Shown here: positions 13,701 to 28,397 of the stretch, one piece after another
Layout: every line of letters begins with the position of its first letter
Numbering within the stretch: the stretch's first letter is position 1
Assembly: GCA_009914755.4 (NCBI GenBank)
Contig: CP086569.2
Location: 57,440,001-57,504,000 of the forward strand
Source: the human T2T-CHM13v2.0 reference genome, Homo sapiens
Length of the DNA stretch: 64,000 nucleotides
Direction of reading: 5' to 3'
Program-made: the position numbers and the translations under genes
Notes under the pieces: model-generated
The model's input: the letters and a program-made list of their open reading frames with translations, nothing else
What the model was told of the DNA's origin: nothing
Database searches by the model: none

Positions 13701-14322
13701 GACAGCCACGGAATGGAATGCACTCGAATGCAATGGAGTCGAAACTAATGGAGTGGAATAGAATGGACTCGACTGGTACGGACTCCAATGGAATGGAATC
13801 GAATGGAAGGGTATCGAACGGAATGGACTCGAAGGGAAAAGACTGCAATGGAAAGGTCTCGAATGGAATGGAAATTAATGGAATGGAATGGAATCGAATG
13901 AAATGGAGTCAAAAGGAATGGAATCGAATGGCAAGAAATCGAATGTAATGGAATCGCAAGGAATTGAAGTGAACGGAACGGAATGCAATGGAATCCAAAG
14001 GAATGGAATAGAATGGAATGGAATCGAATGGAAAGGACTCGAATGGAAATCACTCGAATAGAATGCAATTTAATAAAATAGGATCAAATGTAATGGAATG
14101 GAATGGAAAGGAATCGAAACGAAAGGAATGGAGACAGATGGAATGGAATGGAACAGAGAGCAATGGTATAGAATGGAATGGAATCATCTGGAATGGAATT
14201 GAATGGAATGGAATAATATGAAATGGAATGGAATGGAATGGAATGCCCTTGAATTAAATGGACTGGAATGGAATGGACTCGAACAGAGTGGAATGGAAAG
14301 TGTTGAAATAGAATGGAATGGA
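10784..14322 (+). repeat. HOR unit U3 (~3539 bp; subtype B, near-identical to U4)
   Basis: Landmark spacing 10479 to 14018. It shares private variants with U4: identical artefactual ORFs at 13193 and 16707, and at 13300 and 16814. Confidence 0.85.
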
Positions 14323-17300
14323 CTCGTTTGGAATGGTCTAGTATGCAATGCAATCGACTGGCAGAGAATCAAAAGGAATGTAATCGAATGGATTGGACTG
14401 GAATGCAATGGACTCGAATAGATTGGAAACGGAAAGCAAAGGAATGGAATGGAATAGTATGGAATGGAATGGAAAGGAATGGAGTGGAATAGACTAGAGT
14501 GGAATGGAATGGACTGGAAAGCAATGGACTGGAATGGAACTTTCTTGAATGGACTGGAATCAAACGGAATGGAATGCAATGCAATCAAATGGCATGGAAT
14601 AAAATAGAATGAAAGAGAATCAAATGGAATTGAATCGAATGGAATCGAATGGATTGGAAAGGAATAGAATGGAATGGAACGGAATTGACTCAAATGGAAT
14701 GGACTAGAATGGAATGGATTCGAATGGAAGGCAAATGAATGGAATCTATTGGAATGGACTGTAATGGAATGGAATGGAAGGGATTGGAATGGACTCGAAT
14801 GGAATGGACTGCAATAGAAAGGATTCGAATGGAATGAAAAAGAATTGAATGGAATAGAACAGAATGGAATCAAATCGAATGAAATGGAATGGAAGAGAAA
14901 GGAATGGAATGAAATGGAATGGAAAGGATTCGAATGGAATGCAATCGAATGGAATGGAATCGAACGGAATGGAATAAAATGGAAGAAAACTGGCAAGAAA
15001 TGGAATCGAAATGAATGGAGTGTTATGGAACGGACTCAAAAGGAATTGAATGTAATAGAATGGAGTGGAGTGGACTCGAATATAATGGACTGGAATGGAA
15101 TGAAATCACATGGAATGGGAACGAATGGAATGGAATGGAAAGGAATGGAATCGAATGGAAAGGAATCGAATGGAAGGGAATGAAATTGAATCAACAGGAA
15201 TGGAAGGGAATAGAATAGACGGTAATGGAATGGACTCGAATAGAATGGACACGAATGCTCAAATTGAATGGACTCGAATGGAATGGAAACGAAAGGAATG
15301 TCATCGAATGGAATTGAATCGATTGGAATGAAATCGCATAGAATGGAGTGGAATCAAATGGAATTGAATCGAAAGGAAAGGAAGCGAATGGACTGAAATG
15401 AAATGGAATGGAATTGAATGGAAAGTAATGCAATGGAATAGAATGGAACGAAATTTCACGGAATGGAATCAAACTGAATGGAATCAAATCAATGGAATCA
15501 AATCAAATGGAATGGAAAGGAATTGAATGGAGTAGATTGGATTGGATGGGATTGGAATGAAATGTACTGGAAAGGACTCGAAATTCATGAAACGGAATGG
15601 AATGAACTGGAACGGAATGGAATCGAATGGAATGGAATGTCATGGAATGGCATCAAATGGAATGGAATCGAATGCGATGGAATGCTATGGAATGGAATGG
15701 AATGCATAGGAATGGAATGTCCTCTAATGGAATGTATTCGAGTGGAATGGAATCGAATATAATGGAGTCTAATGAAATGGAATTGAAAGGAATGGGATCG
15801 AATACAATGGAATAAACTGGAATGTAATGTAATGAACTCGAATGTAATTGACTGGAATGGAATGTACATGAATGGAATGTAATCGAATGGAAAGCAATCC
15901 AATGGAATAGAATCTAATGCAATAAAATCGACTCAAATAGAGTAGAATGTAATGGAATGGAGTGCAGTGCAATGGAATGGAATGGAATGCAACGGAATGG
16001 AATGGAATGGAATGGAATGGGATGGAATGGTATGGAATGGATAGTAATGGACTGGAGTGAAATGGACTGGAAAAGAATGGACTCAAATTGAAAGGGCTCG
16101 AAAGGAATGGAGTCAAATGGAATGGTCTGGAATGGAATGAACACGAATGTAATGCAATCCAATAGAATGGAATCGAATGGCATAGAATATAAAGAAATGG
16201 AATCGAAGAGAATGGAAACAAATGGAATGGAATTGAATGGAATGGAATTGAATGGAATGGGAACGAATGGAGTGAAATTGTATGCAGTAGAAGAGAATAG
16301 AATGGAATGCAAGCGAAAGGAAAGGAATGGATTGGAATGGAATGGAATTCATTGGAATGGAAGGGAATGTAGTGTAATGGACAGGCCTGGAATAAAGTGG
16401 AATGCTACGGTCTCGAATGGAATAAAAATGTATGGAATGGAATGCAATGAAACGGAATCGAATGTCATAGAATGTAATGGAATGCAAAAAAATGGACTCC
16501 AAAATCATTGACTGGAAAGGCTGGGTGTCGAAAGGAATTGACTCCAATGGAATGGAATCGAATGGAATGGAAGTGAATAGAATCGAACTAAATCGAATGG
16601 AATGGAATTGATAGGAACGGAATGGAAAGGAATGCAATGATTTGGCATGGAATGGAATCGAATGGCATCGAATGGAATGGAATGGAATGCAATGGAATGG
16701 AATGTATTAGAATGTAATGAACTTTAATGGAATGTACTCGAATGGATTCGACTGGAATGGAATGTTCTCGAAGTGAATGGACTCCAATGGAATGGATTCG
16801 AAAGGAATAGAATCTAATGGAATGGAATTAAATGGAAATGAATCAAATTGAATAGAACGGAATTGAATTGAATGGAATCGAATGCAATGGAATCTAATGA
16901 AAAGGAAAGGAAAGGAATGGAATGGATTGGAATGGAATGGGCTGGAATGGAATGGAATCGAAACGAATGGAATGGAATCGAACTGAAGAGACTGGAATGG
17001 AATGCACTGGAATGGAAGGGAATGTAATGGAAGGTTCTCAAGAAAAATGGAATCGAAAGGAATGGAATTGAATGGAACGGAATAGAGTCGAATGGAATTC
17101 AATGGAATGGAATGGACTAGAGTGAAATGGAATCGAACCACAAGGAATGGACAGGAATAGAATGGTCTCGAATTGAATGGAATCGTATGGAATGGCATCA
17201 AACGGAATGGAATGGACAGCCACGGAATGGAATGCACTCGAATGCAATGGAGTCGACACTAACGGAGTGGAATAGAATGGACTCGACTGGTACGGACTCC

Positions 17301-17836
17301 AATGGAATGGAATCGAATGGAAGGGTATCGAACGGAATGGGCTCGAAGGGAAAAGACTGCAATGGAAAGGTCTCGAATGGAATGGAAATTAATGGAATGG
17401 AATGGAATCGAATGAAATGGAGTCAAAAGGAATGGAATCGAATGGCAAGAAATCGAATGTAATGGAATCGCAAGGAATTGAAGTGAACGGAACGGAATGC
17501 AATGGAATCCAAAGGAATGGAATAGAATGGAATGGAATCGAATGGAAAGGACTCGAATGGAAATCACTCGAATAGAATGCAATTTAATAAAATAGGATCA
17601 AATGTAATGGAATGGAACGGAAAGGAATCGAAACGAAAGGAATGGAGACAGATGGAATGGAATGGAACAGAGAGCAATGGTATAGAATGGAATGGAATCA
17701 TCTGGAATGGAATTGAATGGAATGGAATAATATGAAATGGAATGGAATGGAATGGAATGCCCTTGAATTAAATGGACTGGAATGGAATGGACTCGAACAG
17801 AGTGGAATGGAAAGTGTTGAAATAGAATGGAATGGA
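14323..17836 (+). repeat. HOR unit U4 (~3514 bp; subtype B)
   Basis: Landmark spacing 14018 to 17532. Confidence 0.85.
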
Positions 17837-20800
17837 CTCGTTTGGAATGGTCTAGTATGCAATGCAATCGACTGGCAGGGAATCAAAAGGAATGTAATCG
17901 AATGGATTGGACTGGAATGCAATGGACTCGAATAGATTGGAAACGGAAAGCAAAGGAATGGAATGGAATAGTATGGAATGGAATGGAAAGGAATGGAGTG
18001 GAATAGACTAGAGTGGAATGGAATGGACTGGAAAGCAATGGACTGGAATGGAACTTTCTTGAATGGACTGGAATCAAACGGAATGGAATGCAATGCAATC
18101 AAATGGCATGGAATAAAATAGAATGAAAGAGAATCAAATGGAATTGAATCGAATGGAATCGAATGGATTGGAAAGGAATAGAATGGAATGGAACGGAATT
18201 GACTCAAATGGAATGGACTAGAATGGAATGGATTCGAATGGAAGGCAAATGAATGGAATCTATTGGAATGGACTGTAATGGAATGGAATGGAAGGGATTG
18301 GAATGGACTCGAATGGAATGGACTGCAATAGAAAGGATTCGAATGTAATGAAAAAGAATTGAATGGAATAGAACAGAATGGAATCAAATCGAATGAAATG
18401 GAATGGAAGAGAAAGGAATGGAATGAAATGGAATGGAAAGGATTCGAATGGAATGCAATCGAATGGAATGGAATCGAACGGAATGGAATAAAATGGAAGA
18501 AAACTGGCAAGAAATGGAATCGAAATGAATGGAGTGTTATGGAACGGACTCAAAAGGAATTGAATGTAATAGAATGGAGTGGAGTGGACTCGAATATAAT
18601 GGACTGGAATGGAATGAAATCACATGGAATGGGAACGAATGGAATGGAATGGAAAGGAATGGAATCGAATGGAAAGGAATCGAATGGAAGGGAATGAAAT
18701 TGAATCAACAGGAATGGAAGGGAGTAGAATAGACGGTAATGGAATGGACTCGAATAGAATGGACACGAATGCTCAAATTGAATGGACTCGAATGGAATGG
18801 AAACGAAAGGAATGTCATCGAATGGAATTGAATCGATTGGAATGAAATCGCATAGAATGGAGTGGAATCAAATGGAATTGAATCGAAAGGAAAGGAAGCG
18901 AATGGACTGAAATGAAATGGAATGGAATTGAATGGAAAGTAATGCAATGGAATAGAATGGAACGAAATTTCACGGAATGGAATCAAACTGAATGGAATCA
19001 AATCAATGGAATATAATCAAATGGAATGGAAAGGAATTGAATGGAGTAGATTGGATTGGATGGGATTGGAATGAAATGTACTGGAAAGGACACGAAATTC
19101 ATGAAACGGAATGGAATGAACTGGAACGGAATGGACTCGAATGGAATGGAATGTCATGGAATGGCATCAAATGGAATGGAATCGAATGCGATGGAATGCT
19201 ATGGAATGGAATGGAATGCATTGGAATGGAATGTCCTCTAATGGAATGTATTCGAGTGGAATGGAATCGAATATAATGGAGTCTAATGAAATGGAATTGA
19301 AAGGAATGGGACCGAATACAATGGAATAAACTGGAATGTAATGTAATGAACTCGAATGTAATTGACTGGAATGGAATGTACATGAATGGAATGTAATCGA
19401 ATGGAAAGCAATCCAATGGAATAGAATCTAATGCAATAAAATCGACTCAAATAGAGTAGAATGTAATGGAATGGAGTGCAGTGCAATGGAATGGAATGGA
19501 ATGCAACGGAATGGAATGGAATGGAATGGAATGGGATGGAATGGTATGGAATGGATAGTAATGGACTGGAGTGAAATGGACTGGAAAAGAATGGACTCAA
19601 ATTGAAAGGGCTCGAAAGGAATGGAGTCAAATGGAATGGTCTGGAATGGAATGAACACGAATGTAATGCAATCCAATAGAATGGAATCGAATGGCATGGA
19701 ATATAAAGAAATGGAATCGAAGAGAATGGAAACAAATGGAATGGAATTGAATGGAATGGAATTGAATGGAATGGGAACGAATGGAGTGAAATTGTATGCA
19801 GTAGAAGAGAATAGAATGGAATGCAAGCGAAAGGAAAGGAATGGATTGGAATGGAATGGAATTCATTGGAATGGAAGGGAATGTAGTGTAATGGACAGGC
19901 CTGGAATAAAGTGGAATGCTACGGTCTCGAATGGAATAAAAATGTATGGAATGGAATGCAATGAAACGGAATCGAATGTCATAGAATGTAATGGAATGCA
20001 AAAAAATGGACTCCAAAATCATTGACTGGAAAGGCTGGGTGTCGAAAGGAATTGACTCCAATGGAATGGAATCGAATGGAATGGAAGTGAATAGAATCGA
20101 ACTAAATCGAATGGAATGGAATTGATAGGAACGGAATGGAAAGGAATGCAATGACTTGGCATGGAATGGAATCGAAAGGCATCGAATGGAATGGAATGGA
20201 ATGCAATGGAATGGAATGTATTAGAATGTAATGAACATTAATGGAAAGTACTCGAATGGATTCGACTGGAATGGAATGTTCTGGAAGTGAATGGACTCCA
20301 ATGGAATGGATTCGAAAGGAATGGAATCGAACGGAATGGAATTAAACGGAAATGAATCAAATAGAATAGAACGGAATTGAATTGAATGGAATCGAATGCA
20401 ATGGAATCTAATGAAACGGAAAGGAATGAAATGGAATGGGCTGGAATGGAATGGAATCGAAACGAATGGAATGGAATCGAACTGAAGAGACTGGAATGGA
20501 ATGCACTGGAATGGAAGGGAATGTAATGGAAGGTTCTCGAAAAAAATGGAATCGAAAGGAATGGAATTGAATGGAACGGAATAGAGTCGAATGGAATTGA
20601 ATGGAATGGAATGGACTAGAGTGAAATGGAATCGAACCACAAGGAATGGACAGGAATAGAATGGTCTCGAATTGAATGGAATCGTATGGAATGGCATCAA
20701 ACGGAATGGAATGGACGGCCACGGAATGGAATGCACTCGAATGCAATGGAGTCGAAACTAATGGACTGGAATAGAATGGACTCGACTGGTACGGACTCCA

Positions 20801-21335
20801 ATGGAATGGAATCGAATGGAAGGGAATCGAACGGAATGGACTCGAAGGGAAAAGACTGCAATGGAAAGGTCTCGAATGGAATGGAAATTAATGGAATGGA
20901 ATGGAATCGAATGAAATGGAGTCAAAAGGAATGGAATCGAATGGCAAGAAATCGAATGTAATGGAATCGCAAGGAATTGATGTGAACGGAACGGAATGGA
21001 ATGGAATCCAAAGGAATGGAATAGAATGGAATGGAATCGAATGGAAAGGACTCGAATGGAAATCACTCGAATAGAATGCAATTTAATAAAATAGGATCAA
21101 ATGTAATGGAATGGAATGGAAAGGAATCGAAACGAAAGGAATGGAGACAGATGGAATGGAATGGAACAGAGAGCAATGGTATAGAATGGAATGGAATCAT
21201 CTGGAATGGAATTGAATGGAATGGAATAATATGAAATGGAATGGAATGGAATGGAATGCCCTTGAATTAAATGGACTGGAATGGAATGGACTCGAACAGA
21301 GTGGAATGGAAAGTGTTGAAATAGAATGGAATGGA
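17837..21335 (+). repeat. HOR unit U5 (~3499 bp; subtype A, near-identical to U6)
   Basis: Landmark spacing 17532 to 21031. It has a private 'gacggccacgg' variant that creates an extra GGCC at 20717-20720. Confidence 0.85.
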
Positions 21336-24300
21336 CTCGTTTGGAATGGTCTAGTATGCAATGCAATCGACTGGCAGGGAATCAAAAGGAATGTAATCGA
21401 ATGGATTGGACTGGAATGCAATGGACTCGAATAGATTGGAAACGGAAAGCAAAGGAATGGAATGGAATAGTATGGAATGGAATGGAAAGGAATGGAGTGG
21501 AATAGACTAGAGTGGAATGGAATGGACTCGAAAGCAATGGACTGGAATGGAACTTTCTTGAATGGACTGGAATCAAACGGAATGGAATGCAATGCAATCA
21601 AATGGCATGGAATAAAATAGAATGAAAGAGAATCAAATGGAATTGAATCGAATGGAATCGAATGGATTGGAAAGGAATAGAATGGAATGGAATGGAATTG
21701 ACTCAAATGGAATGGACTAGAATGGAATGGATTCGAATGGAAGGCAAAGGAATGGAATCTATTGGAATGGACTGTAATGGAATGGAATGGAAGGGATTGG
21801 AATGGACTCGAATGGAATGGACTGCAGTAGAAAGGATTCGAATGGAATGAAAAAGAATTGAATGGAATAGAACAGAATGGAATCAAATCGAATGAAATGG
21901 AATGGAATAGAAAGGAATGGAATGAAATGGAATGGAAAGGATTCGAATGGAATGCAATCGAATGGAATGCAATCGAATGGAATGGAATCGAACGGAATGG
22001 AATAAAATGGAAGAAAACTGGCAAGAAATGGAATCGAAATGAATGGAGTGTTACGGAACGGACTCAAAAGGAATTGAATGTAATAGAATGGAGTGGAGTG
22101 GACTCGAATATAATGGACTAGAATGGAATGAAATCACATGGAATGGGAACGAATGGAATGGAATGGAAAGGAATGGAATCGAATGGAAAGGAATCGAATG
22201 GAAGGGAATGAAATTGAATCAACAGGAATGGAAGGGAGTAGAATAGACGGTAATGGAATGGACTCGAATAGAATGGACACGAATGCTCAAATTGAATGGA
22301 CTCGAATGGAATGGCAACGAAAGGAATGTCATCGAATGGAATTGAATCGTTGGAATGAAATCACATAGAATGGAGTGGAATCAAATGGAATTGAATCGAA
22401 AGGAAAGGAAGCGAATGGACTGAAATGAAATGGAATGGAATTGAATGGAAATTAATGCAATGGAATAGAATGGAACGAAATTTCACGGAATGGAATCAAA
22501 CTGAATGGAATCAAATCAATGGAATCAAATCAAATGGAATGGAAAGGAATTGAATGGAGTAGATTGGATTGGATGGGATTGGAATGAAATGTACTGGAAA
22601 GGACTCGAATTTCATGAAACGGAATGGAATGAATTGGAACGGAATGGACTCGAATGGAATGGAATGTCATGGAATGGCATCAAATGGAATGGAATCGAAT
22701 GCAATGGAATGCTATGGAATGGAATGGAATGCATTGGAATGGAATGTCCTCTAATGGAATGTATTCGAGTGGAATGGAATCGAATATAATGGAGTCTATT
22801 GAAATGGAATTGAAAGGAATGGGACCGAATACAATGGAACAAACTGGAATGTAATGTAATGAACTCGAATGTAATTGACTGGAATGGAATGTACATGAAT
22901 GGAATGTAATCGAATGGAAAGCAATCCAATGGAATAGAATCTAATGCAATAAAATCGACTCAAATAGAGTAGAATGTAATGGAATGGAGTGCAGTGCAAT
23001 GGAATGGAATGGAATGCAATGGAATGGAATGGAATGGAATGGAATGGGATGGAATGGTATGGAATGGATAGTAATGGACTGGAGTGAAATGGACTGGAAA
23101 AGAATGGACTCAAATTGAAAGGGCTCGAAAGGAATGGAGTCAAATGGAATGGTCTGGAATGGAATGAACACGAATGTAATGCAATCCAATAGAATGGAAT
23201 CGAATGGCATGGAATATAAAGAAATGGAATCGAAGAGAATGGAAACAAATGGAATGGAATTGAATGGAATGGAATTGAATGGAATGGGAACGAATGGAGT
23301 GAAATTGTATGCAGTAGAAGAGAATAGAATGGAATGCAAGCGAAAGGAAAGGAATGGATTGGAATGGAATGGAATTCATTGGAATGGAAGGGAATGTAGT
23401 GTAATGGACAGGCCTGGAATAAAGTGGAATGCTACGGTCTCGAATGGAATAAAAATGTATGGAATGGAATGCAATGAAACGGAATCGAATGTCATAGAAT
23501 GTAATGGAATGCAAAAAAATGGACTCCAAAATCATTGACTGGAAAGGCTGGGTGTCGAAAGGAATTGACTCCAATGGAATGGAATCGAATGGAATGGAAG
23601 TGAATAGAATCGAACTAAATCGAATGGAATGGAATTGATAGGAACGGAATGGAAAGGAATGCAATGATTTGGCATGGAATGGAATCGAAAGGCATCGAAT
23701 GGAATGGAATGGAATGCAATGGAATGGAATGTATTAGAATGTAATGAACATTAATGGAAAGTACTCGAATGGATTCGACTGGAATGGAATGTTCTGGAAG
23801 TGAATGGACTCCAATGGAATGGATTCGAAAGGAATGGAATCGAACGGAATGGAATTAAACGGAAATGAATCAAATAGAATAGAACGGAATTGAATTGAAT
23901 GGAATCGAATGCAATGGAATCTAATGAAACGGAAAGGAATGGAATGGAATGGGCTGGAATGGAATGGAATCGAAACGAATGGAATGGAATCGAACTGAAG
24001 AGACTGGAATGGAATGCACTGGAATGGAAGGGAATGTAATGGAAGGTTCTCGAAAAAAATGGAATCGAAAGGAATGGAATTGAATGGAACGGAATAGAGT
24101 CGAATGGAATTGAATGGAATGGAATGGACTAGAGTGAAATGGAATCGAACCACAAGGAATGGACAGGAATAGAATGGTCTCGAATTGAATGGAATCGTAT
24201 GGAATGGCATCAAACGGAATGGAATGGACGGCCACGGAATGGAATGCACTCGAATGCAATGGAGTCGAAACTAATGGACTGGAATAGAATGGACTCGACT

Positions 24301-24848
24301 GGTACGGACTCCAATGGAATGGAATCGAATGGAAGGGAATCGAACGGAATGGACTCGAAGGGAAAAGACTGCAATGGAAAGGTCTCGAATGGAATGGAAA
24401 TTAATGGAATGGAATGGAATCGAATGAAATGGAGTCAAAAGGAATGGAATCGAATGGCAAGAAATCGAATGTAATGGAATCGCAAGGAATTGATGTGAAC
24501 GGAACGGAATGGAATGGAATCCAAAGGAATGGAATAGAATGGAATGGAATCGAATGGAAAGGACTCGAATGGAAATCACTCGAATAGAATGCAATTTAAT
24601 AAAATAGGATCAAATGTAATGGAATGGAATGGAAAGGAATCGAAACGAAAGGAATGGAGACAGATGGAATGGAATGGAACAGAGAGCAATGGTATAGAAT
24701 GGAATGGAATCATCTGGAATGGAATTGAATGGAATGGAATAATATGAAATGGAATGGAATGGAATGGAATGCCCTTGAATTAAATGGACTGGAATGGAAT
24801 GGACTCGAACAGAGTGGAATGGAAAGTGTTGAAATAGAATGGAATGGA
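21336..24848 (+). repeat. HOR unit U6 (~3513 bp; subtype A)
   Basis: Landmark spacing 21031 to 24544. It carries the same extra GGCC at 24230-24233. Confidence 0.85.
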
Positions 24849-27800
24849 CTCGTTTGGAATGGTCTAGTATGCAATGCAATCGACTGGCAGGGAATCAAAA
24901 GGAATGTAATCGAATGGATTGGACTGGAATGCAATGGACTCGAATAGATTGGAAACGGAAAGCAAAGGAATGGAATGGAATAGTATGGAATGGAATGGAA
25001 AGGAATGGAGTGGAATAGACTAGAGTGGAATGGAATGGACTCGAAAGCAATGGACTGGAATGGAACTTTCTTGAATGGACTGGAATCAAACGGAATGGAA
25101 TGCAATGCAATCAAATGGCATGGAATAAAATAGAATGAAAGAGAATCAAATGGAATTGAATCGAATGGAATCGAATGGATTGGAAAGGAATAGAATGGAA
25201 TGGAATGGAATTGACTCAAATGGAATGGACTAGAATGGAATGGATTGGAATGGAAGGCAAAGGAATGGAATCTATTGGAATGGACTGTAATGGAATGGAA
25301 TGGAAGGGATTGGAATGGACTCGAATGGAATGGACTGCAGTAGAAAGGATTCGAATGGAATGAAAAAGAATTGAATGGAATAGAACAGAATGGAATCAAA
25401 TCGAATGAAATGGAATGGAATAGAAAGGAATGGAATGAAATGGAATGGAAAGGATTCGAATGGAATGCAATCGAATGGAATGAAATCGAATGGAATGGAA
25501 TCGAACGGAATGGAGTAAAATGGAAGAAAACTGGCAAGAAATGGAATCGAAATGAATGGAGTGTTATGGAACGGACTCAAAAGGAATTGAATGTAATAGA
25601 ATGGAGTGGAGTGGACTCGAATATAATGGACTAGAATGGAATGAAATCACATGGAATGGGAACGAATGGAATGGAATGGAAAGGAATGGAATCGAATGGA
25701 AAGGAATCGAATGGAAGGGAATGAAATTGAATCAACAGGAATGGAAGGGAGTAGAATAGACGGTAATGGAATGGACTCGAATAGAATGGACACGAATGCT
25801 CAAATTGAATGGACTCGAATGGAATGGCAACGAAAGGAATGTCATCGAATGGAATTGAATCGATTGGAATGAAATCACATAGAATGGAGTGGAATCAAAT
25901 GGAATTGAATCGAAAGGAAAGGAAGCGAATGGACTGAAATGAAATGGAATGGAATTGAATGGAAATTAATGCAATGGAATAGAATGGAACGAAATTTCAC
26001 GGAATGGAATCAAACTGAATGGAATCAAATCAATGGAATATAATCAAATGGAATGGAAAGGAATTGAATGGAGTAGATTGGATTGGATGGGATTGGAATG
26101 AAATGTACTGGAAAGGACTCGAATTTCATGAAACGGAATGGAATGAATTGGAACGGAATGGACTCGAATGGAATGGAATGTCATGGAATGGCATCAAATG
26201 GAATGGAATCGAATGCGATGGAATGCTATGGAATGGAATGGAATGCATTGGAATGGAATGTCCTCTAATGGAATGTATTCGAGTGGAATGGAATCGAATA
26301 TAATGGAGTCTAATGAAATGGAATTGAAAGGAATGGGACCGAATACAATGGAATATACTGGAATGTAATGTAATGAACTCGAATGTAATTGACTGGAATG
26401 GAATGTACATGAATGGAATGTAATCGAATGGAAAGCAATCCAATGGAATAGAATCTAATGCAATAAAATCGACTCAAATAGAGTAGAATGTACTGGAATG
26501 GAGTACAGTGCAATGGAATGGAATGGAATGGAATGCAATGGAATGGAATGGAATGGAATGGGATGGAATGGTATGGAATGGATAGTAATGGACTGGAGTG
26601 AAATGGACTGGAAAAGAATGGACTCAAATTGAAAGGGCTCGAAAGGAATGGAGTCAAATGGAATGGTCTGGAATGGAATGAACACGAATGTAATGCAATC
26701 CAATAGAATGGAATCGAATGGCATGGAATATAAAGAAATGGAATCGAAGAGAATGGAAACAAATGGAATGGAATTGAATGGAATGGAATTGAATGGAATG
26801 GGAACGAATGGAGTGAAATTGTATGCAGTAGAAGAGAATAGAATGGAATGCAAGCGAAAGGAAAGGAATGGATTGGAATGGAATGGAATTCATTGGAATG
26901 GAAGGGAATGTAGTGTAATGGACAGGCCTGGAATAAAGTGGAATGCTACGGTCTCGAATGGAATAAAAATGTATGGAATGGAATGCAATGAAACGGAATC
27001 GAATGTCATAGAATGTAATGGAATGCAAAAAAATGGACTCCAAAATCATTGACTGGAAAGGCTGGGTGTCGAAAGGAATTGACTCCAATGGAATGGAATC
27101 GAATGGAATGGAAGTGAATAGAATCGAACTAAATCGAATGGAATGGAATTGATAGGAACGGAATGGAAAGGAATGCAATGATTTGGCATGGAATGGAATC
27201 GAATGGCATCGAATGGAATGGAATGGAATGCAATGGAATGGAATGTATTAGAATGTAATGAACTTTAATGGAATGTACTCGAATGGATTCGACTGGAATG
27301 GAATGTTCTGGAAGTGAATGGACTCCAATGGAATGGATTCGAAAGGAATGGAATCTAATGGAATGGAATTAAATGGAAATGAATCAAATTGAATAGAACG
27401 GAATTGAATTGAATGGAATCGAATGCAATGGAATCTAATGAAACGGAAAGGAAAGGAATGGAATGGATTGGAATGGAATGGGCTGGAATGGAATGGAATC
27501 GAAACGAATGGAATGGAATCGAACTGAAGAGACTGGAATGGAATGCACTGGAATGGAAGGGAATGTAATGGAAGGTTCTCGAAAAAAATGGAATCGAAAG
27601 GAATGGAATTGAATGGAACGGAATAGAGTCGAATGGAATTCAATGGAATGGAATGGACTAGAGTGAAATGGAATCGAACCACAAGGAATGGACAGGAATA
27701 GAATGGTCTCGAATTGAATGGAATCGTATGGAATGGCATCAAACGGAATGGAATGGACAGCCACGGAATGGAATGGACACCCACGGAATGGAATGCACTC

Positions 27801-28397
27801 GAATGCAATGGAGTCGACACTAATGGACTGGAATAGAATGGACTCGACTGGTACGGACTCCAATGGAATGGAATCGAATGGAAGGGAATCGAAAGGAATG
27901 GACTCGAAGGGAAAAGACTGCAATGGAAAGGTCTCGAATGGAATGGAAATTAATGGAATGGAATGGAATCGAATGAAATGGAGTCAAAAGGAATGGAATC
28001 GAATGGCAAGAAATCGAATGTAATGGAATCGCAAGGAATTGATGTGAACGGAACGGAATGGAATGGAATCCAAAGGAATGGAATAGAATGGAATGGAATC
28101 GAATGGAAAGGACTCGAATGGAAATCACTCGAATAGAATGCAATTTAATAAAATAGGATCAAATGTAATGGAATGGAACGGAAAGGAATCGAAACGAAAG
28201 GAATGGAGACAGATGGAATGGAATGGAACAGAGAGCAATGGTATAGAATGGAATGGAATCATCTGGAATGGAATTGAATGGAATGGAATAATATGAAATG
28301 GAATGGAATGGAATGGAATGCCCTTGAATTAAATGGACTGGAATGGAATGGACTCGAACAGAGTGGAATGGAAAGTGTTGAAATAGAATGGAATGGA
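24849..28397 (+). repeat. HOR unit U7 (~3549 bp; subtype B, near-identical to U8)
   Basis: Landmark spacing 24544 to 28093. It contains a 20-bp tandem duplication at 27745-27784. Confidence 0.85.
27745..27784 (+). repeat. 20-bp direct tandem duplication (ggaatggaatggacagccac / ggaatggaatggacacccac), private to U7 and U8.
   Basis: Read directly; other units have a single copy. The same duplication is at 31294-31333 in U8. Confidence 0.8.
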
